DNA from: a virus
IMG/VR virus record: IMGVR_UViG_3300032245_000936
Span: 1-64,000 of that record
Reading direction: 5' to 3' (one strand)
DNA: 64,000 nucleotides
Shown: piece after piece, positions 18,394-26,859 of the stretch
How the letters are laid out: the number at the start of each line of letters is the position of its first letter
Position numbering within the stretch: the first letter of the stretch is position 1
Made by a program: the position numbers and the translations under genes
Notes under the pieces: generated by a model
What the model saw: only the letters and a program-made list of their open reading frames with translations
Told to the model about the DNA's origin: nothing
Databases searched by the model: none

Positions 18394-19289
18394 AATTTAA
18401 AATCAGCGAAATCTTTTATTCAGCACAGGGCGAAGGCCGCTTTGTAGGTGTGCCCAGTGTGTTTATGCGTACTTTTGGTTGTAACTTCAAATGCGAAGGC
18501 TTTGGTTGCAAGCCCGGCGAAAAAAGCACAGAACGAGAAAGCATTATTGAATTAGTAAAGGCTGAACCAGAAAAGTACACAACCTTTGAAAGTCTACCTT
18601 TGGCAAAGACTGGTTGTGACAGCTATGCAAGCTGGGACCCAAAGTTTAAAGAGTTTAGTCCTAACATGGACAATGACGCAATCGTGGACAAGATCAAAAG
18701 CCTACTTCCAAACAATCAAGATTGGCTACAACCAAACGGAAACTTTGTGCATTTGGTTATTACCGGTGGTGAGCCTTTGCTGGGCTGGCAACGCAACTAC
18801 CCAAGTCTACTGGATCATCACAGTATGCGTAATCTTGCTGACATCACTTTTGAAACCAATGGTACTCAAGAGCTTACTGAAGACTTTTATCAGTACATTC
18901 AAGACTGGACCATGGATTCTAACTTTGCACAACAAAACTTTGGCAAGTGGCGCGAAGTTACATTTAGTGTGAGTCCTAAGCTAAGTGTCAGTGGCGAAAG
19001 CTGGGAAGAAGCTATTAGACCAGATATCATTGCACAGTATCAAGAAGTTGGCGTTACATATCTGAAGTTTGTGGTTGACAAAGCAGCCGACTTTGCTGAA
19101 GTTGATCTTGCAGTACAAGCATATAGAGAAGAAGGCTTCCTTGGCAGTGTGTATGTTATGCCAGTTGGTGGCACCACAACCTCATACAACGACAATCGTG
19201 TGGTGATTGCCGATGAAGCACTAAAACGAGGTTACTTCTACAGTCCACGACTACATGTGGATCTGTGGGGCAACGGATGGGGAAAATAA
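18390..19289 (+). CDS. queE: 7-carboxy-7-deazaguanine synthase (radical SAM)
   Basis: EIFYSAQGEG, RTFGCNFKC...GCDS, TGGEP, FETNGT, SVSPK, PRLH. Confidence 0.9.
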   Translation: MKFKISEIFYSAQGEGRFVGVPSVFMRTFGCNFKCEGFGCKPGEKSTERESIIELVKAEPEKYTTFESLPLAKTGCDSYASWDPKFKEFSPNMDNDAIVDKIKSLLPNNQDWLQPNGNFVHLVITGGEPLLGWQRNYPSLLDHHSMRNLADITFETNGTQELTEDFYQYIQDWTMDSNFAQQNFGKWREVTFSVSPKLSVSGESWEEAIRPDIIAQYQEVGVTYLKFVVDKAADFAEVDLAVQAYREEGFLGSVYVMPVGGTTTSYNDNRVVIADEALKRGYFYSPRLHVDLWGNGWGK

Positions 19290-19685
19290 ATGGCAACTGC
19301 AAAAAAGCCGGCAGCTAAAAAAGTTGCTACCAAGAAAACTGCGACTCCAAAGGCAGAACCCAAGCTACGAGTCAAGGCCACTAGTCCTAAGGATCTAGCT
19401 ACCAAAAAGAAAGAACCTTATGTGTCAGTGGTATCAGTTGAACTAGATCCTGACAACGTACAGAATGGTGCATTTGAACTAGACTGGAACGAGTACTTTG
19501 TGGCCAAGTTGATCAAGGCTGGTTATGAAGGCAAGGATGATGCACAGATTGTGGATCGTTGGTTCCAGACCATTTGCCGTAATGTTCTAGCCGAAAACTA
19601 TGAACAATGGGAAGCCAATCAGCCCAGCGACCAACGAACCATTGTTCGTAAAGACATCGGCGGTGGACGTACTGAAGTAAGCTGA
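19290..19685 (+). CDS. Hypothetical protein with Lys/Ala-rich N-terminus
   Basis: ATAKKPAAKKVATKK; FELDWN motif. Confidence 0.75.
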   Translation: MATAKKPAAKKVATKKTATPKAEPKLRVKATSPKDLATKKKEPYVSVVSVELDPDNVQNGAFELDWNEYFVAKLIKAGYEGKDDAQIVDRWFQTICRNVLAENYEQWEANQPSDQRTIVRKDIGGGRTEVS

Positions 19686-19687
19686 GT

Positions 19688-19921
19688 ATGAAACCACTGG
19701 CACCACCCGAGTTCTTGACCATATACATGCTGATGCAACAAAGTACAGGCAGCATGTATTTCTGTCCAACTGGTGTTTCAAGTACTCCTTCAATGGGCTC
19801 GGGCATATATGGTACAAGAGACGAAGCCGAAAAAGCCCGGACCTTGGCCATACTTTCGGACAAAAACAACAGCATCTTCCACGTTTTCGAGTTGGAAGTG
19901 CCCAATCCGGCTCACAAGTAG
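19688..19921 (+). CDS. Hypothetical protein
   Basis: 77 aa ORF in the gene chain. Confidence 0.55.
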   Translation: MKPLAPPEFLTIYMLMQQSTGSMYFCPTGVSSTPSMGSGIYGTRDEAEKARTLAILSDKNNSIFHVFELEVPNPAHK

Positions 19922-19922
19922 G

Positions 19923-19951
19923 TTGACACGGGGTAAATAAAGTGCTATTAT
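19923..19951 (+). promoter_or_regulatory. Composite promoter upstream of rnh
   Basis: TTGACA-17bp-TATTAT (TG-extended) with TAAATA at 19934. Confidence 0.7.
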
Positions 19952-19957
19952 TACTCC

Positions 19958-20953
19958 ATGAACTATCTAATCGTAGACACAGCTAACACGTTCTTTCGAG
20001 CACGTCATGCCACCCATCGAGCAAGCACACTGGAAGAAAAAGTGGGCTTTGCAATTCATGTAACCCTTGCTAGTATCAATAAAGCCTGGCGAGACCAACG
20101 AGCCAGTCACGTGGTGATTTGTCTTGAGGGGCGTAGCTGGCGCAAGGACTTCTACGAACCATACAAGAAGAATCGCGACGTGGCCCGTGCCGCATTAACT
20201 GATTCTGAACTAGAAGAAGACACAGCATTCTGGCAGGCATTTGATGACCTCAAAACTTTCTTTGTAGAAAAAAGTAACTGCACAGTTCTACGACACGAAA
20301 ACCTAGAAGCAGATGATCTAGTTGCAGGTTGGATACAAAGTCACCCAGGCGATCATCACACCATTGTGAGTTCAGACACAGACTTCCATCAATTGCTAGC
20401 AGACAATGTAAATCAGTACAATGGCATTAGTGACGAACTTCACACACTAGCAGGTATCTTCGATGCCAAAGGCAAACGTGTGGTGGACAAGAAAACCAAA
20501 GAGCCTAAAGTAATTCCAGACCCTAAGTGGATCCTGTTTGAGAAATGTATGCGTGGCGATCCTAGCGACAACGTGTTCTCGGCTTATCCAGGTGTGCGTA
20601 CCAAAGGCAGTAAGAACAAAGTAGGCTTGCAAGAAGCTTTTGCTGACATGGACAAGCGTGGTTTCAATTGGAACAATCTCATGCTCCAACGCTGGGTTGA
20701 CCATAATGGTGAAGAACATCGTGTGTTGGATGACTACGAACGCAATGTAAAACTTGTGGACCTTACTGCACAACCCGAACATGTTAAAGTATTCATTGCT
20801 GATACTATTGCACAAGGCAGTGCGCCAAAAGATGTTGGACAAGTTGGCGTTAAATTTATGAAGTTTTGTGGCAAGCATCAACTTATTAAAATTGGCGAAC
20901 ATGCAACGTCATATGCTGAGTGGTTAAGTGCCGCATATCCTAAGGCAGAATAA
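19958..20953 (+). CDS. rnh: 5'-3' exonuclease / T4 RNase H-like
   Basis: LIVD, WRKDFYEPYKKNR, EADD, SSDTDFHQL, GDPSDNV. Confidence 0.9.
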   Translation: MNYLIVDTANTFFRARHATHRASTLEEKVGFAIHVTLASINKAWRDQRASHVVICLEGRSWRKDFYEPYKKNRDVARAALTDSELEEDTAFWQAFDDLKTFFVEKSNCTVLRHENLEADDLVAGWIQSHPGDHHTIVSSDTDFHQLLADNVNQYNGISDELHTLAGIFDAKGKRVVDKKTKEPKVIPDPKWILFEKCMRGDPSDNVFSAYPGVRTKGSKNKVGLQEAFADMDKRGFNWNNLMLQRWVDHNGEEHRVLDDYERNVKLVDLTAQPEHVKVFIADTIAQGSAPKDVGQVGVKFMKFCGKHQLIKIGEHATSYAEWLSAAYPKAE

Positions 20954-20973
20954 CAAAAGAATTTGCTGGTAAT

Positions 20974-21111
20974 ATGAATCACAATCTTATACAAGCGGTG
21001 CGAGAGATGTTAGAAAGGCATTGGGACGTATATGAAATGGCAAGTAAATTAAAGTTACACCCACATACTGTGCAGACCATCATTGATACAATAAACGGAG
21101 TTGCAACATGA
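20974..21111 (+). CDS. Small HTH-like protein (not in ORF track)
   Basis: 45 aa MNHNLIQAVREMLERHWDVYEMASKLKLHPHTVQTII...; ATGA-coupled to the next gene. Confidence 0.55.
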   Translation: MNHNLIQAVREMLERHWDVYEMASKLKLHPHTVQTIIDTINGVAT

Positions 21112-21344
21112 CTGAGAAAAAAGAACCTTTACAAGTAACCTTTGCACCAGGTTGTTTTGACAACTTCGAGGGTACACAAGAAGAGCTTGATGCGTTGATG
21201 GAAGAAATCAAACTCAAGTTTGAAAACATGAGCCCAGAAGAATTAGAGCGTGAAAGTCGTTCAATTGAACTAGACGACGATAATGAAGAAGTACTTGAAC
21301 TCATGCGCCAACTGTCTAGTCTTGATACTCGAAGATTACAATGA
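21108..21344 (+). CDS. Acidic hypothetical protein
   Basis: Coupled ORF. Confidence 0.65.
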   Translation: MTEKKEPLQVTFAPGCFDNFEGTQEELDALMEEIKLKFENMSPEELERESRSIELDDDNEEVLELMRQLSSLDTRRLQ

Positions 21345-21568
21345 CCTATACAGTACACAAAAGCATTGTTCGCACTATACAAGCAGGCGAGCCCGACTTC
21401 AACATTATTGATGGCATGGCTGTGTATCCTCGCGCTGAGATTGTGGTCATGCCAGGTGCTCCTGCCAATATTGCCACAACACTGGACTGGGCGATCGCAC
21501 AGGGTTACATTAGATGTGCAGCCAATGTCAAAGACTATGAACTAATGATGGATAGGTTATCAGCATGA
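21341..21568 (+). CDS. Hypothetical protein
   Basis: Coupled ORF. Confidence 0.65.
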   Translation: MTYTVHKSIVRTIQAGEPDFNIIDGMAVYPRAEIVVMPGAPANIATTLDWAIAQGYIRCAANVKDYELMMDRLSA

Positions 21569-22131
21569 TTGAATTAGCATCCAGCCCAGATCGCAACACC
21601 TTCCAAAAAGAAGGCTATATCCAACGAGCCCTTGAAGAGGGTAAGACTCTCGACGATCCTGAAGTGCAACGCATGATCAAGTTTTTTGACGACTGGGCGG
21701 CCAATGCTAAAGAACGCGAAGTGGATCCTGCCTGGCGAGAGAACAACCTAGAATGGGACCTGCGTACTACCAAGTGGATTATTGAAAAATGTGGTGCAGA
21801 CTATTACGCACAGAATCTGTATGCCGCACTGTGTAACATACGTTGGCAGAAGCGTGAAGTAATTACAGTCCTCAAGGATGAATATTGGAGCTGTTCTTGG
21901 CGAAGTGCAGGCGGAATCGTGGCAGATCTGCAGGGCAAGGGTGACTACATTGACTGGTACTGCTCTGGTATAGGTAATCACATGAGTGACGATGATCTAG
22001 ACGATGGTAGTGCAAATCTTGAAGCAAAAGGATTCGTACCAGAAGGTACTGTAACGGAGGAGATCGAAAATGATCTCTATGTGTTGGGATGGGTCCACAG
22101 CGAGTGGCCCGATGACGATAAGGGAGTATAA
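21565..22131 (+). CDS. Hypothetical protein
   Basis: 188 aa; YAQNLYAALCN, SWRSAG, DYIDWYCSG. Confidence 0.75.
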   Translation: MIELASSPDRNTFQKEGYIQRALEEGKTLDDPEVQRMIKFFDDWAANAKEREVDPAWRENNLEWDLRTTKWIIEKCGADYYAQNLYAALCNIRWQKREVITVLKDEYWSCSWRSAGGIVADLQGKGDYIDWYCSGIGNHMSDDDLDDGSANLEAKGFVPEGTVTEEIENDLYVLGWVHSEWPDDDKGV

Positions 22132-22132
22132 A

Positions 22133-22441
22133 ATGAACAATTTATCAATGTTATTACTAGCACTAGCACTATCCAGCGGCGCACATGCTGAGCCTAGCGG
22201 CCCTGCACTTGCACAAACTAAAGGCTGTTTGAGCTGCCACAATGTGGAAGCCAAGGTTGTTGGTCCTGCATACAAAGATGTTGCCAAGAAATATGCTGGC
22301 GATAAAACAGCCGAAGACCGGTTGGTTAAGAAGGTTGTTGCTGGTGGTAGCGGTAACTGGGGTGCCATTCCTATGCCAGGCGGTATGGCCAATGAAGCTG
22401 AAGCTCGTGTACTGGTTAAATGGATATTGGGACTGAAATGA
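22133..22441 (+). CDS. Class I cytochrome c (c551/c552-like) with signal peptide
   Basis: Signal peptide ending AHA; heme motif CLSCH; VGPAY; distal Met in IPMP. Confidence 0.92.
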   Translation: MNNLSMLLLALALSSGAHAEPSGPALAQTKGCLSCHNVEAKVVGPAYKDVAKKYAGDKTAEDRLVKKVVAGGSGNWGAIPMPGGMANEAEARVLVKWILGLK

Positions 22442-22659
22442 GCGGACTTGAAATACCATTTGAAGTTGTTGACGGTATTGTTCTTGCAGCATTGCAAGAC
22501 CAACGCAAGTACCTAAAGAAAGAATTAAAGCAATGGACCAAGAATCCAAAAACTGATAATAATCCCGATGGTTATTGGTTGCATCCAGAAGATGTGGTCA
22601 AGAACACAGTATTGATCAGATCTATGGACGAAATTATTCAATACTACGGAGGTGAGTGA
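22438..22659 (+). CDS. Hypothetical protein
   Basis: Coupled ORF. Confidence 0.6.
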   Translation: MSGLEIPFEVVDGIVLAALQDQRKYLKKELKQWTKNPKTDNNPDGYWLHPEDVVKNTVLIRSMDEIIQYYGGE

Positions 22660-22868
22660 TGACAAAGAAATTTAAAGAAGAAACATACGGAGCGGCTGTA
22701 CCGCAGGTTATTAAACTGAGTCGTAAACAGATTGAACAAATGAATGAGATGATCAGTCACTTCAAAGATGTAAATGATTTTGAATTGCACATCTCTAACG
22801 AAAGTGGTATTGGGGCTAGTATGAACTTTAAGTTTTCGCTGGATCTAACTGATGTGGAGAAATGGTAA
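22656..22868 (+). CDS. Hypothetical protein
   Basis: GGAGG RBS. Confidence 0.6.
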   Translation: MMTKKFKEETYGAAVPQVIKLSRKQIEQMNEMISHFKDVNDFELHISNESGIGASMNFKFSLDLTDVEKW

Positions 22869-23056
22869 TGACTAAACTATCAGGTCTATGGTTTACAGTT
22901 GCGGCAGTGGCTGTTGTTGCGGCATTTATTGCTGTGTTGTTTTTTATGCCGCACCCAACCACTCGTGTAGTAAATTGCGGTATAGCTGAGATTTCACCGG
23001 ACATTACTCCCAAAGAACGTGAGCAGTGTAGATTACTTAGGGCTACAAAATTATGA
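22868..23056 (+). CDS. Small membrane-anchored protein
   Basis: N-terminal TM; C..AEISPD....C. Confidence 0.6.
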   Translation: MTKLSGLWFTVAAVAVVAAFIAVLFFMPHPTTRVVNCGIAEISPDITPKEREQCRLLRATKL

Positions 23057-23496
23057 AACAAGAACTAGACTCACTGTTGTGCGAGAAGTATCCTGCAATG
23101 ATGGTTAACCGTCATGGTGCTGTAACCAAAACTGCTATGTGCTGGGGATTTGAATGTGGTGACGGTTGGTACAATATCTTGAACCTGCTAATGAGCAATA
23201 TCCAAAGTCACATTGACTGGAAGAACAAAAAAGAACAAGTTGTTCCGCAGGTGACCTTGGACCAAGTTAAAGAAAAGTTTGGCACACTGCGTTTCTATTA
23301 CAGCGGCGGCGATGATTATATTCGTGGACTGGTCAGCATGGCAGAAAGCATGAGTGCAATAACTTGCGAAACCTGTGGCAACCCAGGTAAGCAACGTAGC
23401 GGTGGATGGATTAAAACACTATGCGAAGAACACGCAAAACCCAAACAAGTGACAGATTACAGATTTGTAGAAGAGGACGACGGACATTATGACTGA
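23053..23496 (+). CDS. Conserved phage protein with C-terminal Zn-finger-like motif
   Basis: QVKEKFGTLRFY; CETC...LCEEH. Confidence 0.7.
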   Translation: MKQELDSLLCEKYPAMMVNRHGAVTKTAMCWGFECGDGWYNILNLLMSNIQSHIDWKNKKEQVVPQVTLDQVKEKFGTLRFYYSGGDDYIRGLVSMAESMSAITCETCGNPGKQRSGGWIKTLCEEHAKPKQVTDYRFVEEDDGHYD

Positions 23497-23968
23497 ACTA
23501 AAAGCAACACCAATTATCAAAGACAAATTTTGGATTGTACAAGAAGGTGACCAAAAGGTTGCCACTATCCAGGCGATCGAAGAAGGTGGGTTTGCCTACG
23601 TACACGATGACTCAAGAGAAAAGTTTGCCACAATCAAATTGTTGAAAAACAAACTGAACATCACTTTTGTAAAAAAGTCTCCACCGAAGCAAACCAAAGA
23701 AACAGAAGACTATCAGGTATATGGTTGGCCTACTGCACATCGACCCCATAACAGTCTCTATGACGTTTCAAAGAAACTGCCTATCTTTACCAAGAGTTCA
23801 AAGAGCAAGAGCTACTTCTGTGCTGGGTACTACATTGTAAAGTTTAGCAATACCTGGACCAAGGCTTATTGTCCTAAACTGATTACTTTACAACGTTATG
23901 AATTTGCAGGTCCATATCATACCAAAGAAGCAATGGCCGAACAACTAAGGATTGCAAATGGCGAATAA
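23489..23968 (+). CDS. Hypothetical protein
   Basis: 159 aa coupled ORF. Confidence 0.75.
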   Translation: MTELKATPIIKDKFWIVQEGDQKVATIQAIEEGGFAYVHDDSREKFATIKLLKNKLNITFVKKSPPKQTKETEDYQVYGWPTAHRPHNSLYDVSKKLPIFTKSSKSKSYFCAGYYIVKFSNTWTKAYCPKLITLQRYEFAGPYHTKEAMAEQLRIANGE

Positions 23969-24179
23969 TATAACCTTGCACATCAGCAACTTCAATGATC
24001 GAGTCAAGGCAATGAATCAAACCAAGTCTCAAGACCTACGTCTTACTGCTGTGGAAGCAAACAATTTGGTAGCAGATATATTTGCTGTTCTAGCACATAA
24101 CACCCGCATACAAGCCGAAGGCCTTGTTGATCCCAATGCTGTAACATCAGTGGTTGTTGATGGAGGCAATTTTAAGTAA
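23958..24179 (+). CDS. Hypothetical protein
   Basis: Ends DGGNFK. Confidence 0.65.
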   Translation: MANNITLHISNFNDRVKAMNQTKSQDLRLTAVEANNLVADIFAVLAHNTRIQAEGLVDPNAVTSVVVDGGNFK

Positions 24180-24226
24180 TATGCCCAGATTAAGAGATAA
24201 ATAATATATTAGATTAGGACGAGAAG

Positions 24227-24520
24227 ATGTCAAGACCAAAGCCAACGGTGCTACTGGAACATGTAAACAAGACCAACTACAAGAGTGAGCAAGTACTCAA
24301 CTCCGAAGGTATATGGGCGGTGTTTTACGATTCCAAGCCAATTAACTTAAAGAATCAGAACATCTTGGTTAGCTATCCCGGACCCAAGTACAAAAAGGTG
24401 AGCTTTAGTAATCCTGGTCACGCTATCAATCTGGCCAAGAAACTGAACACCCTGTTTAAAACTGATAAGTTCTCAGTGGTAATTTTGAAACAAGGTGATC
24501 AAATCTACCCAAAATCATAA
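24227..24520 (+). CDS. Basic phage protein
   Basis: MSRPKP..., preceded by TAAATA and AGGA. Confidence 0.75.
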   Translation: MSRPKPTVLLEHVNKTNYKSEQVLNSEGIWAVFYDSKPINLKNQNILVSYPGPKYKKVSFSNPGHAINLAKKLNTLFKTDKFSVVILKQGDQIYPKS

Positions 24521-24869
24521 TACCCAAGCAGAGTGGGAACAGCGGCTGTTAGAGTCCGCAGGCCTACCTACAGGCGGTAAAGAACAACTGCGCTACAAAC
24601 TCTGGCGCAATCCTACAAATCCAAACAGTTTGAGATTAACCAAGCAAGGTTACATCTGGGCCATTGAAATCTGTAAACAAACTGCATACCAATTTGAAGC
24701 AGACAAAGTGATAAGTAATCAGGTGCTACTCAATTTAGAGCGCCTGTTCGAAGCCCCATATTTTGTACGTGATCGAAAACATATAAGTTTGTTCAGTGAG
24801 CAAGATTCAATCATGTTGGAGTTGTGTGGCCAAAATCTAGAACAGTACTTGAACAACCTAAAAAGTTGA
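24495..24869 (+). CDS. Hypothetical protein
   Basis: 124 aa ORF. Confidence 0.65.
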   Translation: MIKSTQNHNTQAEWEQRLLESAGLPTGGKEQLRYKLWRNPTNPNSLRLTKQGYIWAIEICKQTAYQFEADKVISNQVLLNLERLFEAPYFVRDRKHISLFSEQDSIMLELCGQNLEQYLNNLKS

Positions 24870-24894
24870 CTTTTAACAGAAAAGCAAATATACT
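24866..24894 (+). promoter_or_regulatory. Sigma70-type promoter
   Basis: TTGACT-17bp-TATACT. Confidence 0.6.
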
Positions 24895-25164
24895 ATGAGA
24901 ATGATAGATACAGATTTAGATCGCACTGAAGACGAAGCTGGTATTGCACAAGCACACCAAGCTACCATGAACATGAATGCTATTGCAGAGCATCAGCGTA
25001 GGATGGCCGCGGCAGGTCCAAGTCTAAGCCATTGCGAGGAGTGTGGTGATGCAATTCCTGAAGCTCGACAAAAGCATGTGATTGGATGCCGCACTTGTAT
25101 TGAATGCCAGAAGATGCTGGAGCGATATAAAAAAATTCACGGTTACAACAAGGGAAATGAGTGA
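24895..25164 (+). CDS. TraR/DksA C4 zinc-finger protein
   Basis: CEECGDAIPEAR...GCRTCIEC; acidic N-terminal helix. Confidence 0.88.
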   Translation: MRMIDTDLDRTEDEAGIAQAHQATMNMNAIAEHQRRMAAAGPSLSHCEECGDAIPEARQKHVIGCRTCIECQKMLERYKKIHGYNKGNE

Positions 25165-25167
25165 TAT

Positions 25168-25656
25168 ATGAAAATTGGGTTCAGCTTCGGTCGTTGTGTT
25201 CGTAGCATTGTGCGTGGTGACGTAGCACTAGATGATGTACTGGTTATTATTGCACGTACTCGTATGCCCGACGAACATTCTGTTAAATGGGTAATCGACG
25301 AATACATGTATCGCGACGACTATTTGTACGGATTAGATCAAGCTGAATGCGAGCGTGTGGGACTAGAACTGTTCAACAGCGGGCGTATACTAGAACCACG
25401 AGCCAATGGTATCAGTGCTGGCATGAGTGTGCCACGTGACTATATCTGGATGGACCTGTTTCCCACTGCACCAGATGGTGTAGCCAGCGATGCTGTTAAA
25501 ATGGCCTGGAACCATTACCGCATGTTGATCTCGCTGACTGAACAACTGCCAGAGGAAGGCTTTGTGCCACAAAGTGGACCAAAGCTCAAACCTATCACTG
25601 AAGAAGAAAAACTTGAACTTCAACGTGCGGCGCAGATGTTAGCGAACTCTATCTAG
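25168..25656 (+). CDS. Hypothetical protein
   Basis: 162 aa ORF. Confidence 0.75.
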   Translation: MKIGFSFGRCVRSIVRGDVALDDVLVIIARTRMPDEHSVKWVIDEYMYRDDYLYGLDQAECERVGLELFNSGRILEPRANGISAGMSVPRDYIWMDLFPTAPDGVASDAVKMAWNHYRMLISLTEQLPEEGFVPQSGPKLKPITEEEKLELQRAAQMLANSI

Positions 25657-25664
25657 GAGGTACT

Positions 25665-25832
25665 ATGACTTTTAGACACTGGTTGCAGGAAATGTGGATG
25701 CAACACAAGGACGAACTTGAACTGTTCAGCCAACGACGTGACTATGAAGTAAAAGACTATTTCAACAGATACAAGTATTGGCTTAGACGTGAATATAGGC
25801 ATCAATATGGCAAAGAGAAAATCAAAACATAA
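25665..25832 (+). CDS. Small aromatic-rich protein (not in ORF track)
   Basis: AGGAGG RBS; 55 aa MTFRHWLQEMW... Confidence 0.65.
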   Translation: MTFRHWLQEMWMQHKDELELFSQRRDYEVKDYFNRYKYWLRREYRHQYGKEKIKT

Positions 25833-26202
25833 CTTGTTCTTGCTCAGCTGGGACATGACTGGGTTAGAAACTGTATTGGATCTAACCACCTTAGACAAAC
25901 TTCACGAGGATGCTGAGAAAAAGCGCATGTGGGCTATTCTATCAGATCCGGAACTTCGAGACCCTGGAAATCAGACTGGATCAATGATGAGTCAAATTGT
26001 GCAGAATATTTTGCTTCGAGCACGAGTCAACAGTCAGCGTCATTATGAAGTCTATACCATTCAAACATCTCCAAGTATTACCGAAAAAGACATGTGGGAG
26101 TTGTTCAATGGCAATCCGCAGGTGGCCGCTGATCTAATTCGTGAGAATGGGAACAAACTATACAGCGACCGTGTGGATCAGCGAACACAGGTGATTGTGT
26201 GA
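25807..26202 (+). CDS. Hypothetical protein
   Basis: LRARVNSQRHYEVY motif. Confidence 0.7.
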   Translation: MAKRKSKHNLFLLSWDMTGLETVLDLTTLDKLHEDAEKKRMWAILSDPELRDPGNQTGSMMSQIVQNILLRARVNSQRHYEVYTIQTSPSITEKDMWELFNGNPQVAADLIRENGNKLYSDRVDQRTQVIV

Positions 26203-26735
26203 CCGAATATGAGCTACGTGATGGCATCTTTGCCTTGAACACTCGACGCTTTGGTACCGTGGCCGAGATCATGGTCAAAAAGCTCAAAGGTTTAGGTAAA
26301 AGTAAAAACATGTTTCATGATTTGTTTGATAACTCAGACAGCAAACGTATTGAAGTCAAATTCAGTCGTGTAGGGCAGAATCTAGACAAGCTCACTGAAC
26401 ACAATCTACTAGAATGTATTCTCAAAGAACAGGGCACAGATCGTCGTGTGAAGTTTGCTAATTGGGAACAGCACAAGTTTTTGTGCAATATCCAACAGGT
26501 CAAGAAAACAGAGTTTGATGGTCTCTACTATGGCATGTTCTTTGATGACTGCATTAAAATCTTCTACATCGAACCCAAAGACATCAATGAAACCATTGGT
26601 TATGGGGACAAACAGCACAAGGGCAACGTGGGTGAAGGTCAGTTCCATATCACAGAAAAAAACCTTCAAATACATCTTACCCGCCATCTTGTTAACACAT
26701 TAACATATCAACAACTGCTAGACCTAGTAAAATAG
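26199..26735 (+). CDS. PD-(D/E)xK restriction-endonuclease-like protein
   Basis: GTVAE...HDLFD...RIEVK. Confidence 0.55.
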   Translation: MTEYELRDGIFALNTRRFGTVAEIMVKKLKGLGKSKNMFHDLFDNSDSKRIEVKFSRVGQNLDKLTEHNLLECILKEQGTDRRVKFANWEQHKFLCNIQQVKKTEFDGLYYGMFFDDCIKIFYIEPKDINETIGYGDKQHKGNVGEGQFHITEKNLQIHLTRHLVNTLTYQQLLDLVK

Positions 26736-26748
26736 CGGGTTTTGCCCG

Positions 26749-26766
26749 TGTTGTTTTTATGCAACA
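26749..26766. promoter_or_regulatory. 18-bp quasi-palindromic box, copy 1
   Basis: TGTTG-TTTTTATG-CAACA. Confidence 0.65.
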
Positions 26767-26781
26767 CCCGTTTATTTTTGG

Positions 26782-26810
26782 TTGACCAAAAGCCCATTTG
26801 GTGCTATACT
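26782..26810 (+). promoter_or_regulatory. Sigma70-type promoter
   Basis: TTGACC-17bp-TATACT, TG-extended. Confidence 0.75.
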
Positions 26811-26859
26811 TGTATTTGTGCTGATATTAGCACGTTCAACAATTTAATGGAGAAGCTCA

